From NCBI GenBank assembly GCA_964520655.1, contig CAZFNI010000001.1, positions 122,283 through 186,282 of the forward strand: DNA of 64,000 nucleotides, given 5' to 3'. The position numbers and the translations under genes were made by a program. Source of the DNA: an uncultured Planctomycetales bacterium (GTDB taxonomy: Bacteria; Omnitrophota; Gorgyraeia; Zapsychrales; Fredricksoniimonadaceae). The notes beneath the pieces are model-generated. The model was not told the origin of the DNA. It was given only the letters and a program-made list of their open reading frames with translations, and ran no database searches. Below, one piece after another: positions 1 through 9,933 of this stretch; the stretch's first letter is position 1, and each line of letters starts with the position of its first letter.

Positions 1-351
1 AATAAAGGGCAAGCCATGGTCAAGGTGGGAGATGATTTTGTGTCTTTGACCCGTGAACTGTTGGAGAAAAGTATTGGTGCGGCATCTTTTCATGATAAAG
101 CTTTCTTAAGCAAGGATATTTTAGGGGTCGATCAAGCCATGAAAACCTCTCCTGATAAAGATCTGGGCGGTATCGACCTTTCTAGATCATTGCACCTGCA
201 GACGAACAGCAATGGGCAAAGTATAGACATTCAGATTGATGCCGCTGTTTTAGAACAGCTCCAGCAAGCGCAGGGCTTAACACCGCGTATCCTCTATATC
301 GAGCCATTAAAGAGCATGCAGGGCTTCCTCGGTATTTTACCTTTTAAATAA
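1..351 (+). CDS. hypothetical protein. The frame is open from window position 1, so this is probably a 5'-truncated C-terminal fragment. First in-window ATG is at 16.
   Basis: Open frame 1 from position 1 to the stop at 351. I see no recognisable motif. A -10-like TATAAT lies downstream at ~377. Confidence 0.35.
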   Translation, partial: NKGQAMVKVGDDFVSLTRELLEKSIGAASFHDKAFLSKDILGVDQAMKTSPDKDLGGIDLSRSLHLQTNSNGQSIDIQIDAAVLEQLQQAQGLTPRILYIEPLKSMQGFLGILPFK

Positions 352-420
352 TTGTCCATATCCCTTCTTCATTGTGTATAATTGACCATCAAGTTAAGCT
401 GTGTTCAACAATGAGATGGT

Positions 421-1725
421 ATGAATTTCAACGACATTGATTTTAATGAAGAGTTTGCCGCTGTGTTCGAGGCGTTAGAGAATACATCGGAGAATTTATT
501 TGTCACGGGCAAGGCAGGAACGGGAAAATCAACCTTGCTCCAGTATTTCCGTCACCGTACGCAAAAAGACATTGCTGTGCTGGCTCCGACGGGTGTGTCG
601 GCCATCAATATCAAGGGTCAGACCATCCATTCTTTCTTTCAATTCAAGCCTGATATAACACCGCAGACAGCTGCCGACATCCCTATCCGTAAACGCAAAC
701 GCGAACTGTTCAAGAAACTGGACGCGATCGTCATTGATGAAGTGTCCATGGTGCGCGCGGACCTGATGGATTGCGTGGATACCGTGCTGCGACTCTACGG
801 CCCGCAGTACAATAAGCCGTTTGGCGGTATACAGATGATCTTTTTCGGGGACCTTTTTCAGCTGCCGCCGGTGGTTAGCCGCGAGGAAGAAGACATCTTC
901 CGTACTGCCTATAAGACACCATTCTTCTTTTCTGCAAAAGTTTTCCAGCAGTCTAGATTTAGGACCATGTATCTAAAGAAGATCTACCGGCAAAAGGATG
1001 AACAGTTCATTCATATGCTTAACGCTGTCCGGGATAATGCGGTTGGCGCCCATCATGTGCATGCATTCAATTCCCGGTTTAAGCCGAATTATAAGATCGA
1101 CCCCAAAGAGATCTATATCGCGTTAACGACCACGAATGCCCTGGCAGAGCGGGTCAATACCCAGCAATTGAGTTTATTGTCAACACCCACAAAGATCTAT
1201 GAAGGGATTCTTTCCGGTGAATTTGATAAGAAATCGCTGCCGACCGCACAGATCTTGGAGATCAAAAAAGGCGCGCAGGTCATGATGCTTAACAATGACG
1301 TGGATAAACGCTGGGTCAATGGCTCCCTGGGGATCGTGGCGGGGATCAAAGCCGATCCGGAAGGGGAAGATATCATTGTTGTCGACTTAGAGAACGGCGG
1401 TCAAGTGGATGTGAAGAAATTCAATTGGGAGATCTATCAGTATTACCTGGAGGAAGGAACTGAGGCTTTGGCCTCCAAGGTAGTCGGATATTTTACCCAA
1501 TATCCCCTGAAGCTGGCCTGGGCTGTCACTATCCATAAATCCCAGGGACAGACATTTGACAAGGTGATCATCGATGTTGGTTTCGGGACATTCGCCCATG
1601 GGCAGATGTATGTGGCTTTAAGCCGCGCCACGTCGCTCGAGGGGATAATCTTAAAGCAGCCACTCAATCCCCGGCATATACTTTTAGATGAGCGTGTTGT
1701 TGATTTTATGTCCACCCAAGAGTAG
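421..1725 (+). CDS. PIF1/RecD-like (AAA_30) ATP-dependent DNA helicase
   Basis: Walker A TGKAGTGKSTLL. Walker B-like IVIDEVSM. C-terminal TIHKSQGQTFDKVIID...YVALSRATSLEGI is typical of the PIF1/RecD 2B/C-terminal region. Confidence 0.8.
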   Translation: MNFNDIDFNEEFAAVFEALENTSENLFVTGKAGTGKSTLLQYFRHRTQKDIAVLAPTGVSAINIKGQTIHSFFQFKPDITPQTAADIPIRKRKRELFKKLDAIVIDEVSMVRADLMDCVDTVLRLYGPQYNKPFGGIQMIFFGDLFQLPPVVSREEEDIFRTAYKTPFFFSAKVFQQSRFRTMYLKKIYRQKDEQFIHMLNAVRDNAVGAHHVHAFNSRFKPNYKIDPKEIYIALTTTNALAERVNTQQLSLLSTPTKIYEGILSGEFDKKSLPTAQILEIKKGAQVMMLNNDVDKRWVNGSLGIVAGIKADPEGEDIIVVDLENGGQVDVKKFNWEIYQYYLEEGTEALASKVVGYFTQYPLKLAWAVTIHKSQGQTFDKVIIDVGFGTFAHGQMYVALSRATSLEGIILKQPLNPRHILLDERVVDFMSTQE

Positions 1726-1735
1726 AATCCCTGTT

Positions 1736-3640
1736 ATGTTTGCGTTCGTTATCGCATTATTATTGATGGCCTCCACTGTGTCCGCCGATGACCGTACGCT
1801 TGCGGTCACACAGGCGCTCACCCAAGCCCAGGAAAATAAAGCCTCGACCACAACCTGGGAAGGGCAAAATTCTGATCAGCCTTATCTGACATTACTAAGT
1901 GAATATGAAACCGTTATCAATCCCGACTGGTCTTATGATGAGACCTATCATATACGCATCCGTGTTCAGAAAGACTCTGGGAAAGAATTGGGGGAGTGGC
2001 CCATTTACTACAATAAGTCCCGTGAACAGATCACGGGGGTAACTGCGTTCGTTGAAGCGCCGGATGGAAAGAAATATGAGGCCACCAATATTCAGGATGT
2101 CCCGGCCTATGATAATTCTCCCATGTATTCGGACATGATGGTCAAGATCGTCACGTTGCCGCAAGTCAATATCGGCAGCATGCTGGATGTGACCGTTAAG
2201 AGCCGCACAACGCGCAAAGAGATCTCGCTGCAGTTCTTTGACGATATCATTTATCCTGCAACACCGACGAAGTTCGCGCGCTTCACGTATATATATCCGG
2301 ATAATATGGACATTCGTTTTAAGGCTTATAAACAGGATCATCAGCCGATCATTGAGAAGTCTAATGGGCGGGTAAAATATTCTTTTGTGTTCGAAGAAAC
2401 CAAAGAGCTTAAGACCGAAGAGCTGATGCCTCCAATTGATGAGATCCAGGGGGGATTGTACCTGTCTTCGATCGACAACTGGAAAGATATTGCGGATTGG
2501 TATAGGCGATTGGTGGTCAAAAATATTACTGAAGACGAGAATATTGTAGCAAAAGTGAAGGATCTGACCAAAAATTCAAAGACCCAGTTGGAAAAGGCGC
2601 GCGCCATCGTTGAGTTCATTCAAAACAGTTTTCGCTATGTAGCGCTTAATTTCGGCGATCACACGGTCGAGCCCCATAATATCGTGGATATTTATCGCAA
2701 TCGTTACGGGGATTGCAAGGACCTGTCCCTGTTGACAAAATATATGCTGGAAGTTGCGGGGATACGTTCGCATATGTGTCTGATGAATTCGGAATATTCT
2801 CCTGATCCGGCCAATGTTCTGCCGAACCCGTCGATCTTTGAACATGTGATCCTGCAGGCCGAACTGGATGGAAAAAAGGTTTATTTTGATCCTCAGTTGA
2901 AAGGTTTTGATATTGGACAATTCCCGGCAGATTACGATAATGCGCATGTGATGGTCATTGAAGACACGGGAAATTTCCGCTTCGACCGTCTTCCGATCGC
3001 CTCTGACGCGGCGCATGCCCTAATAAGCCATACGGATGTGAGTATTAATGCGAGCGGGTATGCGGTGTTCGAGTCACGCGTCACGCTTCCGATCGAAGCC
3101 TCTCAAGGCTTCCGCGCCCAGTGGGAGTCCATGAGCGACGATGACAAAAATAAGTTCTACGAAGGTCTGCAGTCGAGTTTCGCCCAGGGGGGTAAAATGA
3201 TCGCTCATGAGGTGAAAGGGATCGATCAGCGTTATGGCCCTCTGGAATTCCATCTGAAATATGAATCCCCGACGGTATACCCGATAGTCAATGACATGAT
3301 CCTCCTTAAAGAACAGCCGCAGAATGAACTGCCGGCTTTTGCGGAGAGCCAACGCCTGCACCCAATATTTTTCCCGACGAATTCCATCATTAGGACCACG
3401 TATGTTTACCACATAGTCGAAGGGCTAAAGGTGGATTTTGTCCCTAAGTCTTTTGAGCTTTCTTTTGATTTTGTTGATATAAGAACGGATTATGAGGTTG
3501 GGGATAACTCTGTTACGATGAATTCGGTCTACAGGATCAAGCGTTCGCTGATCCAGCCTGAACGTTACAAGGAAGTCAAAGATTTCCGTAATGAACTATA
3601 TAAGAAGAATGACCAGTATATTGTGCTGAAGAAAAAGTGA
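1736..3640 (+). CDS. transglutaminase-like cysteine protease domain protein (DUF3857 + transglutaminase core), exported
   Basis: Signal peptide MFAFVIALLLMASTVSA. The TGase core contains YRNRYGDCKDLSLLTKYMLEVAG. The ORF track extends to 1688 and overlaps the helicase, so the ATG at 1736 with a signal peptide is the more plausible start. Confidence 0.7.
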   Translation: MFAFVIALLLMASTVSADDRTLAVTQALTQAQENKASTTTWEGQNSDQPYLTLLSEYETVINPDWSYDETYHIRIRVQKDSGKELGEWPIYYNKSREQITGVTAFVEAPDGKKYEATNIQDVPAYDNSPMYSDMMVKIVTLPQVNIGSMLDVTVKSRTTRKEISLQFFDDIIYPATPTKFARFTYIYPDNMDIRFKAYKQDHQPIIEKSNGRVKYSFVFEETKELKTEELMPPIDEIQGGLYLSSIDNWKDIADWYRRLVVKNITEDENIVAKVKDLTKNSKTQLEKARAIVEFIQNSFRYVALNFGDHTVEPHNIVDIYRNRYGDCKDLSLLTKYMLEVAGIRSHMCLMNSEYSPDPANVLPNPSIFEHVILQAELDGKKVYFDPQLKGFDIGQFPADYDNAHVMVIEDTGNFRFDRLPIASDAAHALISHTDVSINASGYAVFESRVTLPIEASQGFRAQWESMSDDDKNKFYEGLQSSFAQGGKMIAHEVKGIDQRYGPLEFHLKYESPTVYPIVNDMILLKEQPQNELPAFAESQRLHPIFFPTNSIIRTTYVYHIVEGLKVDFVPKSFELSFDFVDIRTDYEVGDNSVTMNSVYRIKRSLIQPERYKEVKDFRNELYKKNDQYIVLKKK

Positions 3641-3641
3641 T

Positions 3642-5609
3642 ATGAGATCATCCTGGAATTCCAATGATGCCAAGAATATTAAAGACGATCCATTGAGCTT
3701 GCGTGTCTATACGTCGCGTTTACTGGGTAAAGAACCGTCGCTTGTATTGCATGGAGGGGGGAACACGTCGGTAAAAGCTTTAGTGCGCGATGCTTTCGGC
3801 GACATGCAGGAAGTTCTTTATATAAAGGGAAGCGGGTGGGATCTGGCGACGATCGAAGCCAAAGGTTTTGCTGCGGTCAAGTTAGACGCGTTAAAGCGCA
3901 TGGCGGCTTTTGATACATTGTCTGATACGGACATGGTCTCCTTGCAGCGGTCAAGCATGCTTGATCCCAATGCTCCTAACCCCTCGGTCGAAGCTATCTT
4001 GCACGCGATCATTCCCTTTAAATACGTGGACCATTCCCACACGGATGCGGTTGTTTCGATCACCAATACACCTGATGGCAAACGCCGTATTGAAGAGGTG
4101 TATGGGGATGATGTCTTGATCGTTCCCTATGTTATGCCGGGTTTTCTGTTGGCAAAGAAAGTGTACAGCCTAACTAGGGGGCTTGACTGGAAAAAATGCC
4201 AGGGTATTGTGCTGTTAAACCACGGCCTTTTTACCTTTGCCGATAGCGCCAGGGACAGTTATGAGCAGCATATTCGTTTAGTTAGTAAGGCAGAGGATTA
4301 TATCAAGCAGCAGCGTATCACGATCGCCCGCAAAAAGTCAGGCGGTGTTGATCTGGATATGCTGGCGCGTTTGCGGCAGTCTGTATCCAACGCCCAAAAG
4401 GCCGCTGTCGTAGCTTTCTGGAAAGATGATCCAAACAGCGTTGGGTTCGCGCATTTGTCTAATGTCTCTACGATCGGAACAAAAGGAACATTGACGCCGG
4501 ACCATGTGATCCGGACAAAGCCTGTTCCTGTGGTTGTCGGCGAAGATCCTCGTGCGGATGTCCAACGTTATGCGAAGAATTATGCGTCATATTTTGAGCG
4601 CAATCAAACGGGTGCGCTTAAGTCTTTGGACCAGGCGCCCCGATGGGCCATTTGTCCCAAGGCTGGCCTTGTCACATTCGGCCGTTCCTATAAAGATGCC
4701 TTGATCACTTCTGATATCGTTGACCACACGGTTTTGGCCATCCAATGGGCCCAGGGCATGGGCGGCTGGAAGGTGTTGTCTGAAAAAGATATTTTTGAGA
4801 TGGAGTATTGGGAACTGGAGCAGGCTAAGCTTGGCAAAGGGGATAAACCCAAAGCCTTGCAGGGCAAAGTAGCGCTTGTGACGGGAGCTTACAGCGGGAT
4901 CGGCAAAGCGGCGGTATTGGCCTTGGCCGCTCAGGGTGCACATGTCGCAGCGCTAGATATCAATCGTGATATTACAAAGGCATTTAATTCCAGTCAGATC
5001 TTAGGTCTTGTCTGCGACGTGACCAAAGATAAAGAGGTCCGTCAGGCGGTCGAGCGTACAGTGCGTCACTTTGGCGGTCTGGATATCGTGGTTAGTAATG
5101 CCGGCATTTTCCCGCCCAGCAGCAATATTGAGAATATGGATCCCAAGACGTGGGACAAAAGCATCGCGATCAATTTAACAAGCCATCAGCGATTGATGAC
5201 TGAGTCGGCAAAGTATTTAAAGTACGGCATAGATCCAACGATCATCATCGTCGCGTCAAAGAATGTCCCAGCACCCGGTCCTGGTGCGTCCGCTTATTCG
5301 GTCGCTAAAGCCGGTTTGACCCAATTGGCTCGTGTTGCCGCGCTGGAAATGGGGGGGATGGGCATCCGCGTGAATGTGCTGCACCCCAATCAAGTGTTTG
5401 ATACGGCGATCTGGACAAAAGAAGTCCTGGCCAAACGCGCTAAAAGCTATGGTTTAAGCGTGGAAGAATACAAGACTAATAATATCCTCAAGACGGAAAT
5501 AACCTCGCACCACGTGGCGGACCTGATCGTCACTCTAGCCGGCCCGGCATTCTTAAAGACCACAGGCGCGCAAATCCCCATCGACGGCGGCAACGACCGC
5601 GTCATTTAA
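3642..5609 (+). CDS. bifunctional class II aldolase / short-chain dehydrogenase (rhamnulose-1-phosphate aldolase-SDR type)
   Basis: The N-terminus has LVLHGGGNTSVKA, an aldolase_II-like motif. The C-terminus has the SDR Rossmann motif VTGAYSGIGKA and a catalytic Y...K region (YSVAKAG). Length is ~655 aa. Confidence 0.8.
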   Translation: MRSSWNSNDAKNIKDDPLSLRVYTSRLLGKEPSLVLHGGGNTSVKALVRDAFGDMQEVLYIKGSGWDLATIEAKGFAAVKLDALKRMAAFDTLSDTDMVSLQRSSMLDPNAPNPSVEAILHAIIPFKYVDHSHTDAVVSITNTPDGKRRIEEVYGDDVLIVPYVMPGFLLAKKVYSLTRGLDWKKCQGIVLLNHGLFTFADSARDSYEQHIRLVSKAEDYIKQQRITIARKKSGGVDLDMLARLRQSVSNAQKAAVVAFWKDDPNSVGFAHLSNVSTIGTKGTLTPDHVIRTKPVPVVVGEDPRADVQRYAKNYASYFERNQTGALKSLDQAPRWAICPKAGLVTFGRSYKDALITSDIVDHTVLAIQWAQGMGGWKVLSEKDIFEMEYWELEQAKLGKGDKPKALQGKVALVTGAYSGIGKAAVLALAAQGAHVAALDINRDITKAFNSSQILGLVCDVTKDKEVRQAVERTVRHFGGLDIVVSNAGIFPPSSNIENMDPKTWDKSIAINLTSHQRLMTESAKYLKYGIDPTIIIVASKNVPAPGPGASAYSVAKAGLTQLARVAALEMGGMGIRVNVLHPNQVFDTAIWTKEVLAKRAKSYGLSVEEYKTNNILKTEITSHHVADLIVTLAGPAFLKTTGAQIPIDGGNDRVI

Positions 5610-5659
5610 ATTTCAGACTTTTGTAAACGTTATGTAGCGATATGATGTTCTCGTGCGTT

Positions 5660-5990
5660 GCATGGAACCCGCAGGGACACGGGATGCTTCTTTCCAGATG
5701 CTCACCCCCCCAGCCCCCACAACAGATACACGTTGGTGGAATGCAACGGTTGGGGTTGATCGTATGAATAGGGTGGCATCTGGTGGGGGACGTTCGCATC
5801 TTGAAAGAACATCCCGTATCCCTGCGAGTTGGCTTGAATACATTTAAGAATATTTCATGCTTACGGGTGGCACCGATATGTTTGTTCTGACCGCAGCGTC
5901 AGGGGAAATTTAGGCTTTATCGTTTGCTACCCCACCGGGGGATGGGTGACGCGAGGACGGAACAAACATGTCGGTGACAGGACCCGTTGC
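5660..5990. ncRNA. candidate structured ncRNA (long nested imperfect hairpins; 6S-like architecture). Strand and identity unresolved.
   Basis: Gene-free gap between convergent 3' ends. A 17-nt arm at 5668-5686 matches its reverse complement at 5810-5826 with one mismatch. Nested inner helices: ccagatgc (5693-5700) with gcatctgg (5776-5783), and ccccacaac with gttgggg. A second domain pairs 5871-5887 with 5960-5976 (17 nt, one mismatch). No tmRNA, RNase P or SRP hallmark motifs are present. Confidence 0.25.
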
Positions 5991-6051
5991 ATGCCAACAA
6001 CAAAAGCACAGCATTCTTTGCTAAGTTTATTAGAGCTGAAACGTATTTAGA

Positions 6052-7242
6052 TTATCTGCGGCGTCTTCTGGAGAATCTGGAGGAGCTAAAGACAACTTGA
6101 GGCTTTTGGAAATTGGCTAATTTGACCGTCGGATGTGATTCGGCGATGGGTAATTTATAACGCATGACGCGTTCGATGTTAGCCACATCCGCCCGCTGGT
6201 CAGGGGAGGCAAATGAGATCGCGTGTCCTTCATGTCCAGCGCGGCCTGTGCGGCCGATGCGATGAACATAGTTTTCTGGATCATCCGGCAGGTCGTAATT
6301 AATGACTAACTCGATCCCTTTGACGTCGATCCCGCGCGCGGCAATATCGGTTGCGATCAAAATACGGTAACGTCCTGATTTAAAACCTTCCAAAGCTTCT
6401 TTGCGTTGACCTAATGAACGGTCAGAGTGGATCTCGGCCGCTTTATGGTTCATCGCCCGGATCGTTTTGCAAAGTCTGGTGGCGCCGTGTTTGGTCCGGG
6501 AGAAAACTAAAATAGGGCCATGGTACTGGTTTAACACGCTGGCCAGCAACTCATTCTTGATCTCACGATTGACGATGAATAGTTCCTGGGTGATCTTATC
6601 CGCTGTTGTCCCGGCACGGGCGATCTCGATTTGGATCGGCAGCTTCATATAGGTATTGGCAATGGCCATGATCTCCGAAGGCATAGTGGCTGAGAAGAGC
6701 ATGGTCTGGCGTTCTGTGGGGACGGTCTTTAAAATGTCTTTAATGTGTGGCGCAAAACCCATGTCCAGCATGCGATCTGCTTCATCTAAGACAACAATGT
6801 GGGCATCATTGAGACGAACGGTCTTTTGCTGCATATGGTCGAGTAAACGGCCGGGAGTAGCAATGATGATGCGCGGGTTAGCACGCAACGCGCTTAATTG
6901 TTTGCCCATGGGATCACCGCCAATAAGAACGGCTGTTTTGATCGATAAGGGGGTGGCAATTTTACGTAAACTTTCATCGACCTGGATGGCCAGTTCTCGA
7001 GTCGGAACTAAGATCAGCCCGCGGCCCTTGATCTGCGCCAAGCGCTGGATCATGGGGATGCCGAAAGCCAAGGTCTTTCCTGTGCCTGTCTGGGCAATGC
7101 CCATCACATCTTTGCCTTCGATCCCAATGGGGATCGCTTGGCTCTGGATCTTGGTCGGAACGGTGAACTTCATCCGGTCCAAAATGGTCACGATGTTGGG
7201 GGCGATGCCTAAGTTGTAAAAGGATACTTCTGTTGAATTCAT
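6052..7242 (-). CDS. DEAD-box ATP-dependent RNA helicase (RhlE-like) with Arg-rich C-terminal tail
   Basis: Motifs AQTGTGKT, PTRELA, DEAD, SAT and HRIGRTGRAG. C-terminal tail SRRRRR. Confidence 0.9.
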   Translation of the reverse strand: MNSTEVSFYNLGIAPNIVTILDRMKFTVPTKIQSQAIPIGIEGKDVMGIAQTGTGKTLAFGIPMIQRLAQIKGRGLILVPTRELAIQVDESLRKIATPLSIKTAVLIGGDPMGKQLSALRANPRIIIATPGRLLDHMQQKTVRLNDAHIVVLDEADRMLDMGFAPHIKDILKTVPTERQTMLFSATMPSEIMAIANTYMKLPIQIEIARAGTTADKITQELFIVNREIKNELLASVLNQYHGPILVFSRTKHGATRLCKTIRAMNHKAAEIHSDRSLGQRKEALEGFKSGRYRILIATDIAARGIDVKGIELVINYDLPDDPENYVHRIGRTGRAGHEGHAISFASPDQRADVANIERVMRYKLPIAESHPTVKLANFQKPQVVFSSSRFSRRRRR

Positions 7243-7319
7243 GGGCTATACCATAACACTAAATGGATAAATATGCAAACTTTCTTCTTTTTCGACGAAA
7301 GATGTACTAAAATGAAAAA

Positions 7320-9026
7320 ATGAGCGATTCAAATATTATTATTTTTCTAGTGCAGTTGTTTTTACTCTTAGGGTTGTCGCGGGTATTGGGTGAAGTGTTA
7401 AATCATTTCCGCCAGCCGGCCCTGACCGCAGAGATCCTGGTGGGGATATGTCTTGGCCCCACCATTTTGGGCCGTTTTTTCCCTTCTGTTCATGCTGAGA
7501 TCTTTCCTGATAATGCCATTCAGATGACGATGTTCCAGACGGTGGCATGGCTTGGAGCTTTTTTCTTTTTGCTGGAAGCTGGTTTGGAAATAGATTTTTC
7601 CAGCGCCTGGCGTCAGAAATCCGAAGCGTTAACGATCGCCATTATGGATATCCTTATTCCCATGGGGATAGGATTCAGCTTGGCCTGGATGCTTCCGGAT
7701 GCCTATCTGGTATCCACGGAGAAACGCATTGAGTTCTCGGTTTTTATGGCAACGATCCTGACTGTGTCTGCGATGCCGATCACGGTGCGTGTCCTGCATG
7801 ATCTTAAACTATCCAAGACAGACTTAGGTTTCCTGATCATGACAGCTCTGTCGGTCAACGATATCCTTGGGTGGTTGTTGTTTACCATCGTGTTTGGCTT
7901 TTTTATTCAGAACACGCTTCACGTACCCACACTGGTGTATACCTTTTTAGAAGCGGGATTCTTTGTGGTCTTTTGCCTGACCTGGGGCAGACACATCAGC
8001 AATTGGATCGTCAATAAAATGAAGGCCTATAAATTACCAGAACCTGCTGCCTCTTTGACGTTCATCTTTTTGCTGGGGCTCTGGTCGGGGGCTGTGGCCC
8101 AGAAAGTGGGCTTGCACGCGCTCTTTGGTTTTTTTCTGGCGGGTGTCATGGCAGGGGAGGCCAAAGCACTTTCCGAGAAGACTCGACATACGATCAGCCG
8201 CATCGTCTACGCCTTATTCGTTCCGCTTTTTTTTGCCGGTATCGGCTTGAAGATGGACTTTTTTAAGTACATTGATCTTTTCTTGATCCTCTTTGTGGCC
8301 ATGGTTGGGGTCGGTGTTCGCTTTATTGGTGCGTGGGTCGGCGTATCCATGACCAAACTGCCTAAGGACAATCGGGCAGTCATTGCGATCGCCCATACAC
8401 CGGGCGGGATGATGGAGATCGTCATGGGGCTGGTGGCTTTGGAGAATCATTTGATCACACCGACGGTGTTCGTCTCGATCGTCCTTGGAGCTTTACTGAC
8501 GGCTATTGTTGTTGGTCCCTGGCTTGGCTGGGCGCTGGGTAAGCGTAAACATATCAGTGTGTTTGAATATTTTTCCCGTAGCGGGATCGATTCAGCCTTG
8601 CTTGTAGAAAGCAAGGAACAGGCCATCATGAAAATGTCGGATATCGCGTTTCATGAAACCGGCGTTGAAATGGCTGAGATCTATCTGGCGGTGTTAGCCC
8701 GTGAAGCGTTGGTGGGCACGGGGTTGGAACATGGCGTTGCGATCCCGCACGCGCGTTTGAATAATTTAACTAAACCCATTGTTGTCTTTGCCAGATCAGA
8801 ACATGGTATTGAGTGGGATTCACCCGACGGCAGCAAAGCCCGTTACATATTTCTAGTCCTTTCTCCTAAAGATGATGATGTCACGCCCATCCAGATCCTG
8901 CAGGCCATTGCCAAAGTCATGCATGATCCAAGGACGATCGGTTCACTTGAAAGCAAACACGATAGCGCCCAGATCTGGGCTGTATTTCAGCATGCCTTTG
9001 ACAGGCTTTATGTAGAAAGGAGATAA
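7320..9026 (+). CDS. cation:proton (Na+/H+) antiporter fused to a C-terminal PTS EIIA type-2 (fructose/Ntr-like) regulatory domain
   Basis: About 12 TM helices over the first ~400 aa. The C-terminal domain carries the EIIA-2 signature GVAIPHARL (His phosphorylation site). Confidence 0.75.
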   Translation: MSDSNIIIFLVQLFLLLGLSRVLGEVLNHFRQPALTAEILVGICLGPTILGRFFPSVHAEIFPDNAIQMTMFQTVAWLGAFFFLLEAGLEIDFSSAWRQKSEALTIAIMDILIPMGIGFSLAWMLPDAYLVSTEKRIEFSVFMATILTVSAMPITVRVLHDLKLSKTDLGFLIMTALSVNDILGWLLFTIVFGFFIQNTLHVPTLVYTFLEAGFFVVFCLTWGRHISNWIVNKMKAYKLPEPAASLTFIFLLGLWSGAVAQKVGLHALFGFFLAGVMAGEAKALSEKTRHTISRIVYALFVPLFFAGIGLKMDFFKYIDLFLILFVAMVGVGVRFIGAWVGVSMTKLPKDNRAVIAIAHTPGGMMEIVMGLVALENHLITPTVFVSIVLGALLTAIVVGPWLGWALGKRKHISVFEYFSRSGIDSALLVESKEQAIMKMSDIAFHETGVEMAEIYLAVLAREALVGTGLEHGVAIPHARLNNLTKPIVVFARSEHGIEWDSPDGSKARYIFLVLSPKDDDVTPIQILQAIAKVMHDPRTIGSLESKHDSAQIWAVFQHAFDRLYVERR

Positions 9027-9029
9027 GCG

Positions 9030-9848
9030 ATGATCTCCAAAGAACAGTTAAAAGAGTTTGGTTTTGAGAATATCGAAAAGTTCCCGCGGCTTCTCTCTAA
9101 TCATGAGGTCAGCATCAGTCTTCCCTCTGCGATCGCTAACGGCGTGGCCGCGGTCAATGTGACCATCGACCGGGGTGTGGCGATCCCGGTACAGATCCCC
9201 GGCGTGCCCAACGGCATGATCATTCGTCATAACGGCACCATGGTCTATGTGGCCCATCGCATTCCTGAAGACCAGACATCATCATTGCAAGCGACTTTTA
9301 CTGACGACATTTCCTACGATGTTCGTTTGGAATCGTTTAATATTATGAGCCGAGCGGTTGAGGTCGATCCTCAATTAAAAGCCGTGTGGGATGAGATCCA
9401 GTCCCACTGGATGCACTGGTATCCGCCGTTCTTAAAAGAGATCGCCAGGCAAAGTTCTGGCCAATATAAATCGATCGGCGGAGCCGTGAAGGTCTTGGAT
9501 TTTCTGTTAGCCAAATTCATCACCGATGTAAAGAACCAGACTCCTCAGGCGGCTGCCATTCCGCTGCGCATCATTGTACAGTCCTTGGAAGAATTGCGTA
9601 AGGGCTGGCAGGGCGAGGAATTTATCGTTGATCAGACAACGGTTGGGCAGATCATGCTCATTGGTCTGGATAAATACACAGATGAAGATTTACGCGGTAA
9701 ATTAAGAAAAACGCTGAAGAATCCTGTCTTTTGTTCCAATGCCGCGTTTGAAGTGTTTTATGAGCCTCGCGCTATCCCGGCCATCAAACTGGTTGTGGAA
9801 AATCCCTCAGGCGCTGATGAATTTTCTTCTGGGATCGAATTATCCTGA
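9030..9848 (+). CDS. hypothetical protein
   Basis: 272-aa ORF in operon-like spacing after the antiporter. No recognisable motif. Confidence 0.45.
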   Translation: MISKEQLKEFGFENIEKFPRLLSNHEVSISLPSAIANGVAAVNVTIDRGVAIPVQIPGVPNGMIIRHNGTMVYVAHRIPEDQTSSLQATFTDDISYDVRLESFNIMSRAVEVDPQLKAVWDEIQSHWMHWYPPFLKEIARQSSGQYKSIGGAVKVLDFLLAKFITDVKNQTPQAAAIPLRIIVQSLEELRKGWQGEEFIVDQTTVGQIMLIGLDKYTDEDLRGKLRKTLKNPVFCSNAAFEVFYEPRAIPAIKLVVENPSGADEFSSGIELS

Positions 9849-9933
9849 AACTTGTCACATATCTTGCCTTAATACTAGACATACGAAAAGACTTCTGATA
9901 TATTATCGCGTTCTTTTAAAGAAAATATTTGAA

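Noticed and set aside
1895-3412. Antisense ORFs (148, 92, 146 and 112 aa) inside the transglutaminase-like gene
   Set aside because: Shadow ORFs on the opposite strand of a well-supported CDS, with no motifs.
5613-5847. Small ORFs (64-76 aa) on both strands within the convergent intergenic gap
   Set aside because: They overlap each other, have no RBS or conserved motifs, and coincide with extensive inverted-repeat structure. More likely a structured RNA or DNA element than coding.
5660-5990. tmRNA, RNase P RNA or SRP RNA identity for the structured gap
   Set aside because: There is no GGATTCGAC / GGTTCGAATCC tRNA-like ends with CCACCA context (tmRNA). There is no GGAAAGTCCGG / ACAGAACCCGGCTTA (RNase P). 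There is no AGGTCAGGTCCGGAAGGAAGCAGC (SRP) on either strand. A tag-peptide-like reading ending ...ANDKA* on the minus strand is too short and non-canonical.
6656-7219. 187-aa + strand ORF inside the DEAD-box helicase gene
   Set aside because: Antisense shadow ORF. The minus-strand product has all DEAD-box motifs.
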